From Acinetobacter phage Ab15, in sequence record PP763259.1: a DNA stretch of 64,000 nucleotides. One strand, given 5' to 3'. Made by a program: the position numbers and the translations under genes. This document shows positions 1 through 10,175 of this stretch, piece after piece. Below the pieces are notes generated by a model, which was not told the origin of the DNA, did not search any database, and saw only the letters and a program-made list of their open reading frames with translations. Within the stretch, counting starts at the first letter, position 1. Every line of letters begins with the position of its first letter.

Positions 1-1
1 T

Positions 2-1147
2 ATTTCAGAAGTATCAACAATGAACCAATATGGACATTCTGTTCATGAGATTGTTTTAAGATACAGAAGATTTGAGGAAGGTTCACGATACAATGATGGT
101 AAGATCGGACTAAAATATTTACCAATCAGATCACAACACAGTATTGCTGAATGGGTTTATGACCCTAATGGTAGAACCTTGCTAGGTATTACTCAGAAGA
201 TTCCTCAAACTAAAAAATATATGGGTTATAAAGAAAAAGAAATCTTTATCCCTATTGAAAGTCTCTTAATTTTCAGAGTCAATCCTCAAGATGGTAGCCC
301 TATTGGGACAAGCCCTTTAGATGGATGTTATAGTGCTTGGAGATACTTGGTAACTTATCAAGAAATTGAAGGTACAACTGTTAGTAAAAACCTTAACGGT
401 GTGGGTATTTTTAAAATCCCATCTAAGTATATGGCTGAGCATGCCACTCCAGCAGACCGAAAGGTTTATGAGAATGCAAAACGTATTGTTTCTAATGTGA
501 ACAATGGTGAGCAAGCTGGTATGGTTATCCCTTCAGATTTTGATGAAGTTAGTGGTAAGCCTTACTTTGGTTTTGAAGTTATTAACTCTACAGCATCTAA
601 TACATCTGTTACAGGTGAGATTGTTAAAAGATACACCAATGAAATTCTTCAATGCTTGAGTGCAGATTTATTACAACTTGGTTCTACCAATACTGGTTCT
701 TACTCTCTTGCCGATAGTAAAACTTCTCTAGTAGAAACTGTAGTTGAATCTCGTATGATGGTTATTAAAGAATTAATGAATAGGAAGTTAATTCCAATCA
801 TTGCAGAAGCTAATGGTATGGATTTAGAAAGACTACCTAAATTTGAATTTGGTGATATCTCTAGACCAGACCTTGAGACTTTCGCTAAGGCAATCCAACA
901 ACTTACTGCTGTTAATATGGTATATCGCTCAGCACGTAATGTCAACAGAATTGCAGAGATTCTAAGTCTTCCTGACATGGTTGACCCTGATATCTCTAAA
1001 GAGGAACTTGACAAGTTACTTGGTGTTGACCAAGAAATGCAAAGTAAGAGTGGTAAAGGTTACGCTTCTGATACTGGTGGACTTAATGGAACATCAAATA
1101 AAGTAGCTAAGAAGGATAACTCAGCAAATAATTTACAAAATAAGTGA
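2..1147 (+). CDS. portal protein (5'-partial; reading frame open to window edge)
   Basis: 375-aa ORF whose frame has no stop upstream of the first ATG back to position 2. It lies immediately upstream of the protease-decoration-major capsid block. Call is by synteny and size only. Confidence 0.45.
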   Translation: MSEVSTMNQYGHSVHEIVLRYRRFEEGSRYNDGKIGLKYLPIRSQHSIAEWVYDPNGRTLLGITQKIPQTKKYMGYKEKEIFIPIESLLIFRVNPQDGSPIGTSPLDGCYSAWRYLVTYQEIEGTTVSKNLNGVGIFKIPSKYMAEHATPADRKVYENAKRIVSNVNNGEQAGMVIPSDFDEVSGKPYFGFEVINSTASNTSVTGEIVKRYTNEILQCLSADLLQLGSTNTGSYSLADSKTSLVETVVESRMMVIKELMNRKLIPIIAEANGMDLERLPKFEFGDISRPDLETFAKAIQQLTAVNMVYRSARNVNRIAEILSLPDMVDPDISKEELDKLLGVDQEMQSKSGKGYASDTGGLNGTSNKVAKKDNSANNLQNK

Positions 1148-1154
1148 GGTACTA

Positions 1155-2729
1155 ATGTCAAGAGCACACAGTATTATGCGCTTGAGTGAATCTGTTTTCA
1201 ATACCCCACAATACATGCTTCCAGAGCACTTTGAAAAGCTTACCAGTTATATGATTGATCGTAACACTGGTAAGTTAGCTTGGCAAGTAGATATTGGTGC
1301 TGAAAAAGAAAGAGCAGCAAAAGAAAAAGCTGAAAAGGATAAAGACAAGGTTTTAGCCTTAGATCCAGTTAAAGCAAATTCATTCAAACGACCTGACTTC
1401 TCACAGTATCCAGAAGAAACTCGTGAGCAAGCTCGACAAGATTATTATGACTTCATTCAATATGACCCTAAGAATAAATTAGGTGTTTTAAATATTGAAG
1501 GTACTACTGTTTACAGAAGTACCCCCTTCGAGGCTATGTGTGGGATGACCTCTTACCAAAGACTCGAACGTACTATCAAGGCACAAATAGCAGAGGGTGC
1601 TAAAACCATCCTCATGTATGTTGATAGTGGAGGTGGTGAAGCATTCGGAAATATTGAAACAGCAGTTAACTTGAGAAATATTGCAGATGCATCTGGGGCT
1701 AAATTAATAGCCTATATCGATGGTAAATCTGCTTCAGCAGCTTATGCTTTATCAGTAGTAGCTCATACAGTGGTAGCAAATCCAGACTCAGAAGTGGGTT
1801 CAATTGGGGTTGTTGCTTCACTGATTGAGGATACCACAAAAGAAGAAGGTATACAAACAATCACACTCTTTAGAGGTGATAACAAAGTAGCAACTGATGA
1901 TGAAGGACGTTTTAAAGAAGGCTTCATTCAAAGAATCAACAACACACTTGATCGTTTATATGGTGTATTCACAGGTCACGTAGCTAAGTACAGAAACATG
2001 GATGTCAAGGATGTTGTAGCAACACAAGCTTCTATGTATACCGCAGAGAAAGCCCTAGAGGTTGGCTTGGTGGATGTATTAATGACTCGTGCAGATTTCT
2101 TTGGTGATTACCTTCCAAGACAAACCCAAAGAGTTAACTCTTTAAGTTTCAGTCCGTTTGCTGAAACTACCAAGTTCAAAACAACATGTGAGGATGTAAA
2201 ACAAATGGACGTAAAAGATTTAGATTTAAACCAAAAAGATAATCCAGAAGTAGTAACCCTGCAAAAATCTGAATATGAAGATTTGATGACTAAGGTTTCT
2301 GCTACTGATGAACAAATTAAATTGGCTATTGATGCTGCATTAGCTGAACAAGCTGATACACACCAACAAGCACTTCAAGCATTACAAGCTGATATTGCAC
2401 AAAAAGAAGTTGACTTACAAGCTTTAACTGAACGTGCACAACTAGCTGAACAAAGTTTAATTGATCTAAAACATGAAACTTTAATGGCTGACCGCAGAGA
2501 AAAACTTGAGAAAGTTCTTGCAGTTGACCAAGTAGAAGGTGCAATGCAACTGGCTGCTACATTTAGTGATGAGCAATTCGAAGCTTATCATGCAACACTT
2601 TCAAGTGTTTACCAAAAATCAAAAGACAGTCTTAAAGAGAAGGGTACAAAGGCAAATGATGAAGAGCCTACCAAAGACTATTCTTCTATTTTAGGTGCTG
2701 CAATTCAAAAACACAATCAATCTCGATAA
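1155..2729 (+). CDS. prohead protease (S49/ClpP-like) with C-terminal coiled-coil scaffold-like domain
   Basis: SGGGEAF...GKSASAAYAL...SIGVV block typical of SppA/ClpP-fold head maturation proteases. C-terminal about 150 aa is Q/A/L/E-rich heptad coiled coil (QQALQALQADIAQKEVDLQALTERAQLAEQ). Confidence 0.65.
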   Translation: MSRAHSIMRLSESVFNTPQYMLPEHFEKLTSYMIDRNTGKLAWQVDIGAEKERAAKEKAEKDKDKVLALDPVKANSFKRPDFSQYPEETREQARQDYYDFIQYDPKNKLGVLNIEGTTVYRSTPFEAMCGMTSYQRLERTIKAQIAEGAKTILMYVDSGGGEAFGNIETAVNLRNIADASGAKLIAYIDGKSASAAYALSVVAHTVVANPDSEVGSIGVVASLIEDTTKEEGIQTITLFRGDNKVATDDEGRFKEGFIQRINNTLDRLYGVFTGHVAKYRNMDVKDVVATQASMYTAEKALEVGLVDVLMTRADFFGDYLPRQTQRVNSLSFSPFAETTKFKTTCEDVKQMDVKDLDLNQKDNPEVVTLQKSEYEDLMTKVSATDEQIKLAIDAALAEQADTHQQALQALQADIAQKEVDLQALTERAQLAEQSLIDLKHETLMADRREKLEKVLAVDQVEGAMQLAATFSDEQFEAYHATLSSVYQKSKDSLKEKGTKANDEEPTKDYSSILGAAIQKHNQSR

Positions 2730-2747
2730 TTAGAGGAAGTTCAACAT

Positions 2748-3212
2748 ATGGCAACTTTAGATTTAAATGCATTGTTTAATCTTGGTCACACCGAGTTTTC
2801 TGATGTTTTCCAGACTGAAGCTGGTACAACTATTGGTTATGTTCGTAAGAACATCACAGTAACAGGTACGGCTGGTACAACTTTACAAATCGGTCACATC
2901 TTACAAGATAATGGAGATGGTACTGCCACAATCCCTGCAACTACAGCTTCAATTACAAACCCTGTAATTTACTGTGGTGATGACCCTTACAAACAACAAG
3001 CTGATGGTAAGCGTGACTGGAATTCAAATACAACTGTATTCACAGCAGATAACCTTACACAAGATGTTGTAGTTGTTTATCGTGGTCGTGTTGGTGTAGG
3101 TACATCTTACCTAGTATTCCCTGCCGATGTAACTCCAACTACTCGTGCAGCAGTTTACAAAGCTCTTGACGACAAAGGCTTCAAGATCATCAGACAAATC
3201 GCTAAATACTAA
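2748..3212 (+). CDS. head decoration protein (lambda gpD-like)
   Basis: 154-aa Gly/Thr-rich beta protein directly upstream of the major capsid gene. Position and size match a gpD-like decorator. Confidence 0.5.
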   Translation: MATLDLNALFNLGHTEFSDVFQTEAGTTIGYVRKNITVTGTAGTTLQIGHILQDNGDGTATIPATTASITNPVIYCGDDPYKQQADGKRDWNSNTTVFTADNLTQDVVVVYRGRVGVGTSYLVFPADVTPTTRAAVYKALDDKGFKIIRQIAKY

Positions 3213-3317
3213 TTTTAAGATATTTACGAAAAATAGTCAAAAGGAATTGATGGTGGGTGGGATGAATTTGTTTCGCCACTCATCCCATAACACTTTCAAA
3301 TATGAGGAATTTATAAT

Positions 3318-4388
3318 ATGCCAACTATTCGCAATCCATTAGATTTCAGCACTACTCTTGATCTTACTGATGCTATTAATGAGATCGTACCAGAGTATGG
3401 TGCTTTTAACAACTCTGGATTATTTAATAAACGTGGTACAACTCAGGAAGCTGTACTTTACGAAATCAACCAAGGCGCTCGTAGCTCAATGGTTGGTACA
3501 ACTTCTCGTAGAGAACGTAACACTGTTAAAGACGCTCGTGGGCGTGTTAAACAACAAGCTCTCTACATTCCTTACATCAAACACAGCGCACAAATCGCTC
3601 GTGAAGATGTAGCGTATGTTGTACGTGACTGGAAAGAGCTTACTGTTGAATCAGTAACAGAGTTATACGTAGACAAGCTTGCAAGCTTACGTAGAAACTT
3701 AGAGCAATCTCATGAATATATGGCTGTAACAGCTACACAAGGTATCACTCGTGATCCTCTAGATGGTTCTGTGATTGTTGACATGTTCGCTATCAATGGC
3801 GTTACACAAACAGTTCATACTTGGAACTTCACTGACCCTAACTTCGACCTTATTGGTGCGATTCGTAAGTTAAAAACTGACTTAACTCGTGCCAACCTTT
3901 GGGGTGGTGTGATTCAGTCAGTGGACGTACCAGTAGGTGAAGCGTTGTTTAATGCTATCGTAACACACCCTCAATTAGCTGAACTTTATGTTCTTGCTAT
4001 GACTGGTCGTGGTCAAGAAGCAATCAACAACTCTCGTCCTTGGGCGACAGAAACAATGACTCGTTACGGTATTGCTTCTACGTTTACATTTGATGGTGTA
4101 CGTTTCATGACTTACCCTTCAACATTCCGTACAGAGCAAGGTGACTTGATTGAACCTATCGCTAATAACGAAGGTCACACAATTGTACGTGGTTTATCTG
4201 GTATGTATGAAGCTCGCTTCGCTCCAGACAACAACCTTGACACAATTGGTCAAGTAGGTCAAGAGATTTTCGCATGGCGTACTCCATTGATCGAACGTCA
4301 CCACTTCGAAATCATCACTGAAACAAGCCCAATCTACTTCGCTACACATCCTGAATTAATCTTCAAGATCGTAGGTACATTGGCTTAA
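3318..4388 (+). CDS. major capsid protein (lambda gpE-like)
   Basis: 356 aa, highly expressed-type codon usage (cgt, ggt, gct). Follows the decoration gene and is followed by a strong hairpin. Call rests on module order. Confidence 0.6.
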   Translation: MPTIRNPLDFSTTLDLTDAINEIVPEYGAFNNSGLFNKRGTTQEAVLYEINQGARSSMVGTTSRRERNTVKDARGRVKQQALYIPYIKHSAQIAREDVAYVVRDWKELTVESVTELYVDKLASLRRNLEQSHEYMAVTATQGITRDPLDGSVIVDMFAINGVTQTVHTWNFTDPNFDLIGAIRKLKTDLTRANLWGGVIQSVDVPVGEALFNAIVTHPQLAELYVLAMTGRGQEAINNSRPWATETMTRYGIASTFTFDGVRFMTYPSTFRTEQGDLIEPIANNEGHTIVRGLSGMYEARFAPDNNLDTIGQVGQEIFAWRTPLIERHHFEIITETSPIYFATHPELIFKIVGTLA

Positions 4389-4408
4389 TCAGTCAAATGA
4401 ATAACCTT

Positions 4409-4434
4409 CTAGGCTATCTTTCTAGGTAGCCTAG
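4409..4434 (+). terminator. hairpin after major capsid gene (ctaggcta / tagcctag stem)
   Basis: 8-bp perfect inverted repeat with 10-nt loop, 20 nt after the capsid stop codon. Weak T tract. Confidence 0.35.
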
Positions 4435-4505
4435 ATAACTTTATCTAAAGGCATTTCATAAGGTTTAGAGATGTTTTTACATAAAGTTATTTCTAGGAGA
4501 ATGTA

Positions 4506-5054
4506 ATGGCATTTACATATACAGGCGATCCATCAAACAATAAAATCGATGAGCTTAGATTACTCTTAGGTGACTTAGATGAAAGACAACCAATCTACCA
4601 AGATGAAGAGATTCAATACTTTTTAGATCAAGCTGATGGTAACGTGAAGGTAGCCTTCTACTTAGCTATTGGTGCTATGATTCCAAAGTTTACCCGAATG
4701 GCTAGAGAAAGGGCTGGACAAATCGAAGTTTATGCTGGTGATTACTTCAACCACTACTTACAGTGGATTAAGATGTTAATGAAGCCAACTTCACCATCAT
4801 TCCAGTTAAGAGAAGACGCTCTTTTTTACGGTGGTATTGAGAAGGCTCAGTCACAGCAATACTTCCTAGACCCTTCTATTGTTGCACAACCATTCTATAG
4901 AGGACAATTCTTCAGAATGCCAACTATGATGGGATATCGTAGATTAACCCCTACGGGATTCGCTGAGGTTGATGAAAGTGGAAGACTTTTAGGTTTTGTG
5001 AGGGATGTAGCACTACCAGCAGTTATTGATGATTCTGATGTGCCAAATCCTTAA
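4506..5054 (+). CDS. head-tail connector / head completion protein (hypothetical)
   Basis: 182-aa ORF in head-tail joining position. Confidence 0.35.
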   Translation: MAFTYTGDPSNNKIDELRLLLGDLDERQPIYQDEEIQYFLDQADGNVKVAFYLAIGAMIPKFTRMARERAGQIEVYAGDYFNHYLQWIKMLMKPTSPSFQLREDALFYGGIEKAQSQQYFLDPSIVAQPFYRGQFFRMPTMMGYRRLTPTGFAEVDESGRLLGFVRDVALPAVIDDSDVPNP

Positions 5055-5063
5055 GGAGTAAGT

Positions 5064-5669
5064 ATGGCTAGGGGTGGATTACCTGAATGGCAAAAGGCCA
5101 GATACAGAACAACATATGCTGGAAAGAAAGCCTATACGGTTAGACATAAGAACCTAACCATGCATGTGAATACTGAAAAGTTAGAAGCTCTGAAAGGTGA
5201 ACTTGTTAACCTATCTCTTCAACATTTACGTTACGGCATTGTAGATGACAATAGATATCCTACAAGTGACCCTAGAGGTAGAGGTGGGATGTATGTAGCA
5301 ACCATTTGGAAGCGTCTTGAGTTTGGTTCAGTAGATGAGATCAATGGTAAAGCCAGAGTTATTCCACCACGACCAACATTTACACAACATGTGCACACTG
5401 GTGGTAAAGGGACAGCAAAACTTGTAATGATGGATATCATGCACGATGTCTTTACAGGTAAATCTGTTAGGGATAAAGCATGGGTGAAGTTAGGTTTAGC
5501 AATGCAATCTCGTCTTAAATTCGATGTAATGACTCAGAAAGGTTTTGTTCCATTGAAGTTACCTAGTTGGTCCGATAGATCCCCAACAGACTTCTATAAT
5601 GATACAGGTCATTTAATTAGAAGTATTTCTTATCGAATTATGCCTATAGGTTTAGATTTTAGCAAGTGA
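5064..5669 (+). CDS. hypothetical structural protein
   Basis: 201-aa ORF, RBS ggagtaag upstream, in head-tail joining block. Confidence 0.35.
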   Translation: MARGGLPEWQKARYRTTYAGKKAYTVRHKNLTMHVNTEKLEALKGELVNLSLQHLRYGIVDDNRYPTSDPRGRGGMYVATIWKRLEFGSVDEINGKARVIPPRPTFTQHVHTGGKGTAKLVMMDIMHDVFTGKSVRDKAWVKLGLAMQSRLKFDVMTQKGFVPLKLPSWSDRSPTDFYNDTGHLIRSISYRIMPIGLDFSK

Positions 5670-5687
5670 TTTAGTGGAGATTAAAAT

Positions 5688-6098
5688 ATGGAAATTATGC
5701 CACTATCATCACCTACGGGGCGTGTCAATTTAAAAGTATTGAGACATGTTGGTGGGTATTACGATGAAGATGGGATGTGGGTTGGTGGTCAATATCAAGA
5801 GATCTCTGTTATTGCCAATGTTCAACCAGCTAACAGATGGAACGTACAACAACAATTAAAAGAAGGGGACAGACAGAAAGATACAATCTTAGTTCTCTGT
5901 TACGACAATCTTGTCAAAGCAGATGACAGGGCTGATCCTTCAGGGAATCCTCAAGTTAAAACCAAAGCTGATATTGTTGTCTGGAAAGATAAATACTATG
6001 AGGTAAAAACAGCAGAACCTTATGAAATGGGTGTGCTCAATCACTGTGAATGTATTTGTGTAAGGCTAGATGATGAATCACCATTTATTGGAGGTTGA
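5688..6098 (+). CDS. head-tail adaptor-like protein (hypothetical)
   Basis: 136-aa ORF, synteny. Confidence 0.3.
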   Translation: MEIMPLSSPTGRVNLKVLRHVGGYYDEDGMWVGGQYQEISVIANVQPANRWNVQQQLKEGDRQKDTILVLCYDNLVKADDRADPSGNPQVKTKADIVVWKDKYYEVKTAEPYEMGVLNHCECICVRLDDESPFIGG

Positions 6099-6667
6099 TC
6101 ATGCAAGACAGAAGACAATTCTCAAGAGCATTTAGAGAGTTGATGCCAGATGTACAGTTCTACTGGTCTGGACAAGAAGGTGTAAAACTAACTCCCCCAA
6201 TGGTTCTATTTGATGTTTTAGCTGATGAAATTGTTGGTATGGGTGAAAAACCAACCTCAACCGCACCAAGAGATGTAGCTGGTGATACTGACTATGTTGG
6301 ACGTTATGGGGAAACTAGAGAGGTAGTCGTTCGGGTTTCCTTTATAGGTAAATTTACTGATAGCACATATGCTAATTCCAGAAAGTTTATGGCAATCGTA
6401 AAAAGTTTTCAAGGAAGAAGTGCATTTTACCGACAGGGATTGTCTTTAGCAGGTGTCTCTCCGATGAGGCCAGTTGATGTTTCTACAGAGACTACAGCCT
6501 ATACAAACAACTATGTGGATCTTACCCTTAGATATAAATCAATCTTTGAATTTAATTTAGAGCCTATTGAAGAAGTAGAAGTGAGCCATGTTCTCACTAT
6601 TGACGAAGATTTAGGGACTCCAGAACCTGACTACACAATAACAGGTACAAACACTATCACCAGATAA
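6095..6667 (+). CDS. tail completion-like protein (hypothetical)
   Basis: 190-aa ORF overlapping the previous stop (ATGA coupling). Confidence 0.3.
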   Translation: MIMQDRRQFSRAFRELMPDVQFYWSGQEGVKLTPPMVLFDVLADEIVGMGEKPTSTAPRDVAGDTDYVGRYGETREVVVRVSFIGKFTDSTYANSRKFMAIVKSFQGRSAFYRQGLSLAGVSPMRPVDVSTETTAYTNNYVDLTLRYKSIFEFNLEPIEEVEVSHVLTIDEDLGTPEPDYTITGTNTITR

Positions 6668-6680
6668 AAGAGGAAGAAAA

Positions 6681-7709
6681 ATGGCTTCAAAACTTTCTGA
6701 AGTAGTGAATGTTGTTATTAGAAGAGAGACTAGTTTCATCCGTGAAGCTGATTTAAACACAATGGCTATTGTCTCAAATAACACAACATTTACAGATGCA
6801 TACCGCATCTACACTAATATTGATCAAATTTTAGATGATGGCTTTGATACAGATTCTTATGTTTATAAAGCAGCAGCAATGGCTTTTGGACAAGAAATTA
6901 AACCAGCTAAGATTGTTGTTACAGGTGGTGCTGTTGCAACTGGCGAGTATGTTACAAAGCTTACAAGTACATTAAGTGCATATAACCAATTTTTATACGT
7001 TGTCACAGATGCTACAGCAGATGCAGATATTCTTGCAATTGCAGCTTATGTGGAAACACAAGAGTTATTTTATGGAGTTACTATGACTGATATTACAGCA
7101 CAAGGCAACTTGATGACTCAGCTAAAAACTCTTGGCTACGATCGTACACTTGTTTTATTCAATGAAAATACTACAGGAACTATCCCAGAAGCTGGATGGA
7201 TTGCTAGATTCGGTTCTGAGCAAGCTGGAAGTATCACTTGGGTTCTTAAACCAGTCAAAGGTCTTTTACCATCAAAACTTTCTGAAACACAGAAAACATT
7301 CTTAGAGACTAACAACGTTTCATGGCTAGACAGTTATGAAGACGATGCAGTTATCTCTAATCGTGGTGGTAAGGTTGCTTCTGGTGAGTGGATCGATGTA
7401 ATGCTTGGGGTTCAGTGGATTATCACTCGCTTGAGAGAAGCAGTTTACAACGTTCTAAGAAACCAACGTAAAGTAGGTATGAGTAATGAAGGGGTTGCTT
7501 TAATTGAGGCACCAATTCGTAGAGTTTTAGAACAAGCTATCCTGTTTGGTATCTTGGCAAGAGAACCACAATATTCTCTTATCATGCCTGATGTTCTAGC
7601 ATTGACACCAGCAGAACGTAACTCTCGTAAACTTAAAGGCATCACTTTCAGAGCTAGACTTGAAGGTGCTATTCACTATGTTGACATTGAAGGTACTGTT
7701 TACCCTTAA
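6681..7709 (+). CDS. tail sheath-like structural protein (DUF3383-type)
   Basis: 342-aa protein directly upstream of three tube-like paralogs and the chaperone/tape-measure genes. Composition resembles short DUF3383 sheath homologs. Confidence 0.45.
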   Translation: MASKLSEVVNVVIRRETSFIREADLNTMAIVSNNTTFTDAYRIYTNIDQILDDGFDTDSYVYKAAAMAFGQEIKPAKIVVTGGAVATGEYVTKLTSTLSAYNQFLYVVTDATADADILAIAAYVETQELFYGVTMTDITAQGNLMTQLKTLGYDRTLVLFNENTTGTIPEAGWIARFGSEQAGSITWVLKPVKGLLPSKLSETQKTFLETNNVSWLDSYEDDAVISNRGGKVASGEWIDVMLGVQWIITRLREAVYNVLRNQRKVGMSNEGVALIEAPIRRVLEQAILFGILAREPQYSLIMPDVLALTPAERNSRKLKGITFRARLEGAIHYVDIEGTVYP

Positions 7710-7746
7710 TCCGAGGGTAAACTTACTTAAAATAAGGAGAGTTTAG

Positions 7747-8274
7747 ATGGCTGAACAAAACTTAGGTACATACAGTGCTGAAGAAGTTCAAGTAATTTTA
7801 GAGCAAGAAAGTACAGGTCTAGTTTATAGGGTTGTAGGTTTCATGGAAGATTCTATGGTTACTATAACACCTTCAGTAGATACATACACACCATACAATG
7901 GTGCAGATAATACTGGTGCCCGTATTCACAATGGTAACAGAAGTGCAAACGTGGTTTTATCTCTACAACAAACTTCACCTTCGAACGATGTCTTAACAAG
8001 ACTACTTCAAAAGGATGTTCGTTCACGTAGAAATGAAGGTCTCTTCTCAGTAATGATTAAAGATGCTTCTGGACGTACTGTTGCGACAGCACGACAAGCA
8101 TACATTACAAGACTACCAGAAATCACTTACACAAACAACATGTCAGTGCGTGAATGGAATATTTATGCATACAACTCAGAAATCTTCGTTGGTGGTAACG
8201 CTATGTTAGAACCAGAAGTTGTAGATGCTTTAACAACACTTGAAGCACCTATCGACAACACTTGGGTTGACTAA
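7747..8274 (+). CDS. tail tube protein paralog 1 (DUF3277-like)
   Basis: 175 aa. Shares ...VVLSLQQTSPSNDVLTRLLQ... motif with the next gene. Followed by a strong terminator. Confidence 0.5.
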   Translation: MAEQNLGTYSAEEVQVILEQESTGLVYRVVGFMEDSMVTITPSVDTYTPYNGADNTGARIHNGNRSANVVLSLQQTSPSNDVLTRLLQKDVRSRRNEGLFSVMIKDASGRTVATARQAYITRLPEITYTNNMSVREWNIYAYNSEIFVGGNAMLEPEVVDALTTLEAPIDNTWVD

Positions 8275-8279
8275 TGCTT

Positions 8280-8315
8280 GGGAGGGTTGGGTTTTCCTTC
8301 CCTCCCTTTTTGTTT
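8280..8315 (+). terminator. rho-independent terminator (gggaggg...ccctccc + T tract)
   Basis: 7-bp GC stem, loop, ccctcccttttt. Confidence 0.6.
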
Positions 8316-8330
8316 CTTTGAGAGGATATT

Positions 8331-8897
8331 ATGATCAATGAATTGATGTATTACTCACCAATGGATGTGCAATTCACCATTCTTGGAAAAACTATTTCAG
8401 GTTATGCTGAAGACAACTTCATTGTGATTGAGCCTCAAAATGACACATCAACCATGAAGGATTCTCTTGATGGTAGAGTGCAAATAACACAGAAACCTAA
8501 TGCAATGTATACTGTAACTCTTTCATTGCAGCAGACATCACCAGATAACACCTTATTGAGTGCACTACATACAATCTACAAGAGATTTGGTTCAACATTA
8601 AAACTTCCATTGATTATTAAAGATCATAACACAGGGACCACAATGTATGCAACTGATGTTTTCTTTAGAAGGGAACCTACAGTTACTTTTGGTTCAGCTA
8701 TGAATGTACTTAACTGGGAGTTTAATGTAAAGAATCCTTCTTTTGTCATTAGTGGTAACCCTATAGGTGATAATGATGATATTGAAAGAATGATCAACCA
8801 AGCTATTCAAATAGCTGGTTATTTAGATATTGACCTATCTTCAATTTTAGGAACTGTTAATAATCTTTTTGAAGATGTTAGAGACATATTTGTCTAG
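8331..8897 (+). CDS. tail tube protein paralog 2
   Basis: 188 aa with ...TVTLSLQQTSPDNTLLSALH..., paralogous to 7747..8274. Confidence 0.45.
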   Translation: MINELMYYSPMDVQFTILGKTISGYAEDNFIVIEPQNDTSTMKDSLDGRVQITQKPNAMYTVTLSLQQTSPDNTLLSALHTIYKRFGSTLKLPLIIKDHNTGTTMYATDVFFRREPTVTFGSAMNVLNWEFNVKNPSFVISGNPIGDNDDIERMINQAIQIAGYLDIDLSSILGTVNNLFEDVRDIFV

Positions 8898-8900
8898 GGA

Positions 8901-9515
8901 GTGAATTATATGGCTGATCTTGATTTTGATCAATACATCAAAGAAAACCCCGACATCTTAGGTCAAACAGTTGATAGAGATTCCTTACTAGGTCCACAAG
9001 CTACAAATACTGTTTTAAAGTCATCAACAAAGGCTTCTGAGAGCTTTGGTAACTTTGTTAAGCAAACCCAAAGTGTTCTTAACAGTAGAGTTTTTACAAC
9101 CCTTAAGAGGATTGCTGGAAAGATTATCTCTAATGGTGAGGGTTCTTATGACCCTTCAAAGCATATCTTTTATGTTGGTGATTTAAAATTAGAGGGTGTT
9201 GTTGAATGTAGAATCAACTACCCCGATGTTTTCAAAACTTACGAAAGTATGGCAATTGGTGGAAACCCTGTAACCAGAAAAAGAAATGGTGTAATTACTA
9301 TGGAGATTGTACTGCAAAGAACCTCCCCTAGTTGTAATGCACTTAATCAAGCATGGGATATCATGTATAGAACTGGTAGGGGAAAACTTAAAATCCACAT
9401 TGTCGATAATGGTGGTATTGGCCTAGATGGTGATGCCATTATTGTTAAAAAACCAGACAATACAATGGATATTGATGGTGCAGATTTTACATATACCTTT
9501 CAATTATTTAGATAA
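8901..9515 (+). CDS. tail tube protein paralog 3 (divergent)
   Basis: 204 aa with ...MEIVLQRTSPSCNALNQAWD..., same motif register as the two upstream paralogs. Confidence 0.4.
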   Translation: MNYMADLDFDQYIKENPDILGQTVDRDSLLGPQATNTVLKSSTKASESFGNFVKQTQSVLNSRVFTTLKRIAGKIISNGEGSYDPSKHIFYVGDLKLEGVVECRINYPDVFKTYESMAIGGNPVTRKRNGVITMEIVLQRTSPSCNALNQAWDIMYRTGRGKLKIHIVDNGGIGLDGDAIIVKKPDNTMDIDGADFTYTFQLFR

Positions 9516-9534
9516 TATCTTTGTTATATAAGGA

Positions 9535-9966
9535 GTGAATATGACACAAGAACTACAACGAGTTGTTACTGTTAACGACAAAGAATACACAATTCAAATC
9601 TTCAAGGGTGAAACCTCAATGGTTATCTTCCATGAGTTAAGCCGTGTAATCATCCCCTTCATTAAGGATTTACAGGATGCCTTCACAACTGAAGATGAAG
9701 CAGAAAAAAGTAAAATGATTTTAAGTGCTCTAGAGAAAGTATTCACTACAGTGGATTATAACACAGCACTCAAACTCTTAAAAACTCTGGTAAGTCAAGT
9801 ATATGGTGCCAATGGCCGTGTAATTGTTCCTAATGATGAATTCGCTAAGAACATTACTTCATGGTACTTGTTAGCTTGGGAAGTTATCTCATTCAACTAC
9901 GCTGATGTTTTTTCCTTTCTCGGTTCAGGAGAGACAGCAGCAGACCTGAAACGAGACTTAATCTAA
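9535..9966 (+). CDS. tail assembly chaperone (G-like)
   Basis: 143-aa acidic protein immediately before the tape measure gene. A -1 frame ORF continues past its stop (see next feature). Confidence 0.55.
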   Translation: MNMTQELQRVVTVNDKEYTIQIFKGETSMVIFHELSRVIIPFIKDLQDAFTTEDEAEKSKMILSALEKVFTTVDYNTALKLLKTLVSQVYGANGRVIVPNDEFAKNITSWYLLAWEVISFNYADVFSFLGSGETAADLKRDLI

Positions 9967-10175
9967 AATTAAGGGCTGAACTTGACAAATTAGATGAAGA
10001 GTTCAGCATGCCTCATGAATGGCTGCAAATACTTAGTGCTAAAAAACCTTTGGTTACCTATATGGAATTAAGGAATATGACATGCTCTGAAGTATACGAT
10101 ATTCTTGAGTTGCAAGATAGTTTAGACCTCTACAGGGATGTTGCTGAATATATCCAAGAGCAAAATAAAAAATAA
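9906..10175 (+). CDS. -1 frame extension of tail assembly chaperone (GT-like frameshift product C-terminus)
   Basis: Frame -1 relative to 9535..9966 is open from 9906 to the TAA at 10173..10175. It encodes ...KLRAELDKLDEEFSMPHEWLQILSAKKPLVTYMELRNMTCSEVYDILELQDSLDLYRDVAEYIQEQNKK. Not in the ORF track because it lacks a canonical start. Position mirrors the lambda G/GT arrangement. Confidence 0.45.
   Translation, partial: CFFLSRFRRDSSRPETRLNLKLRAELDKLDEEFSMPHEWLQILSAKKPLVTYMELRNMTCSEVYDILELQDSLDLYRDVAEYIQEQNKK

Noticed and set aside
20-1147. First ORF taken as a complete gene starting at ATG 20
   Set aside because: The frame is open upstream to position 2, so the gene is almost certainly truncated by the window edge
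3145-3612. Short ORFs 3145..3342 and 3358..3612
   Set aside because: They overlap the decoration/capsid intergenic region and the capsid gene in alternative frames. The capsid gene has a strong RBS and coherent codon usage
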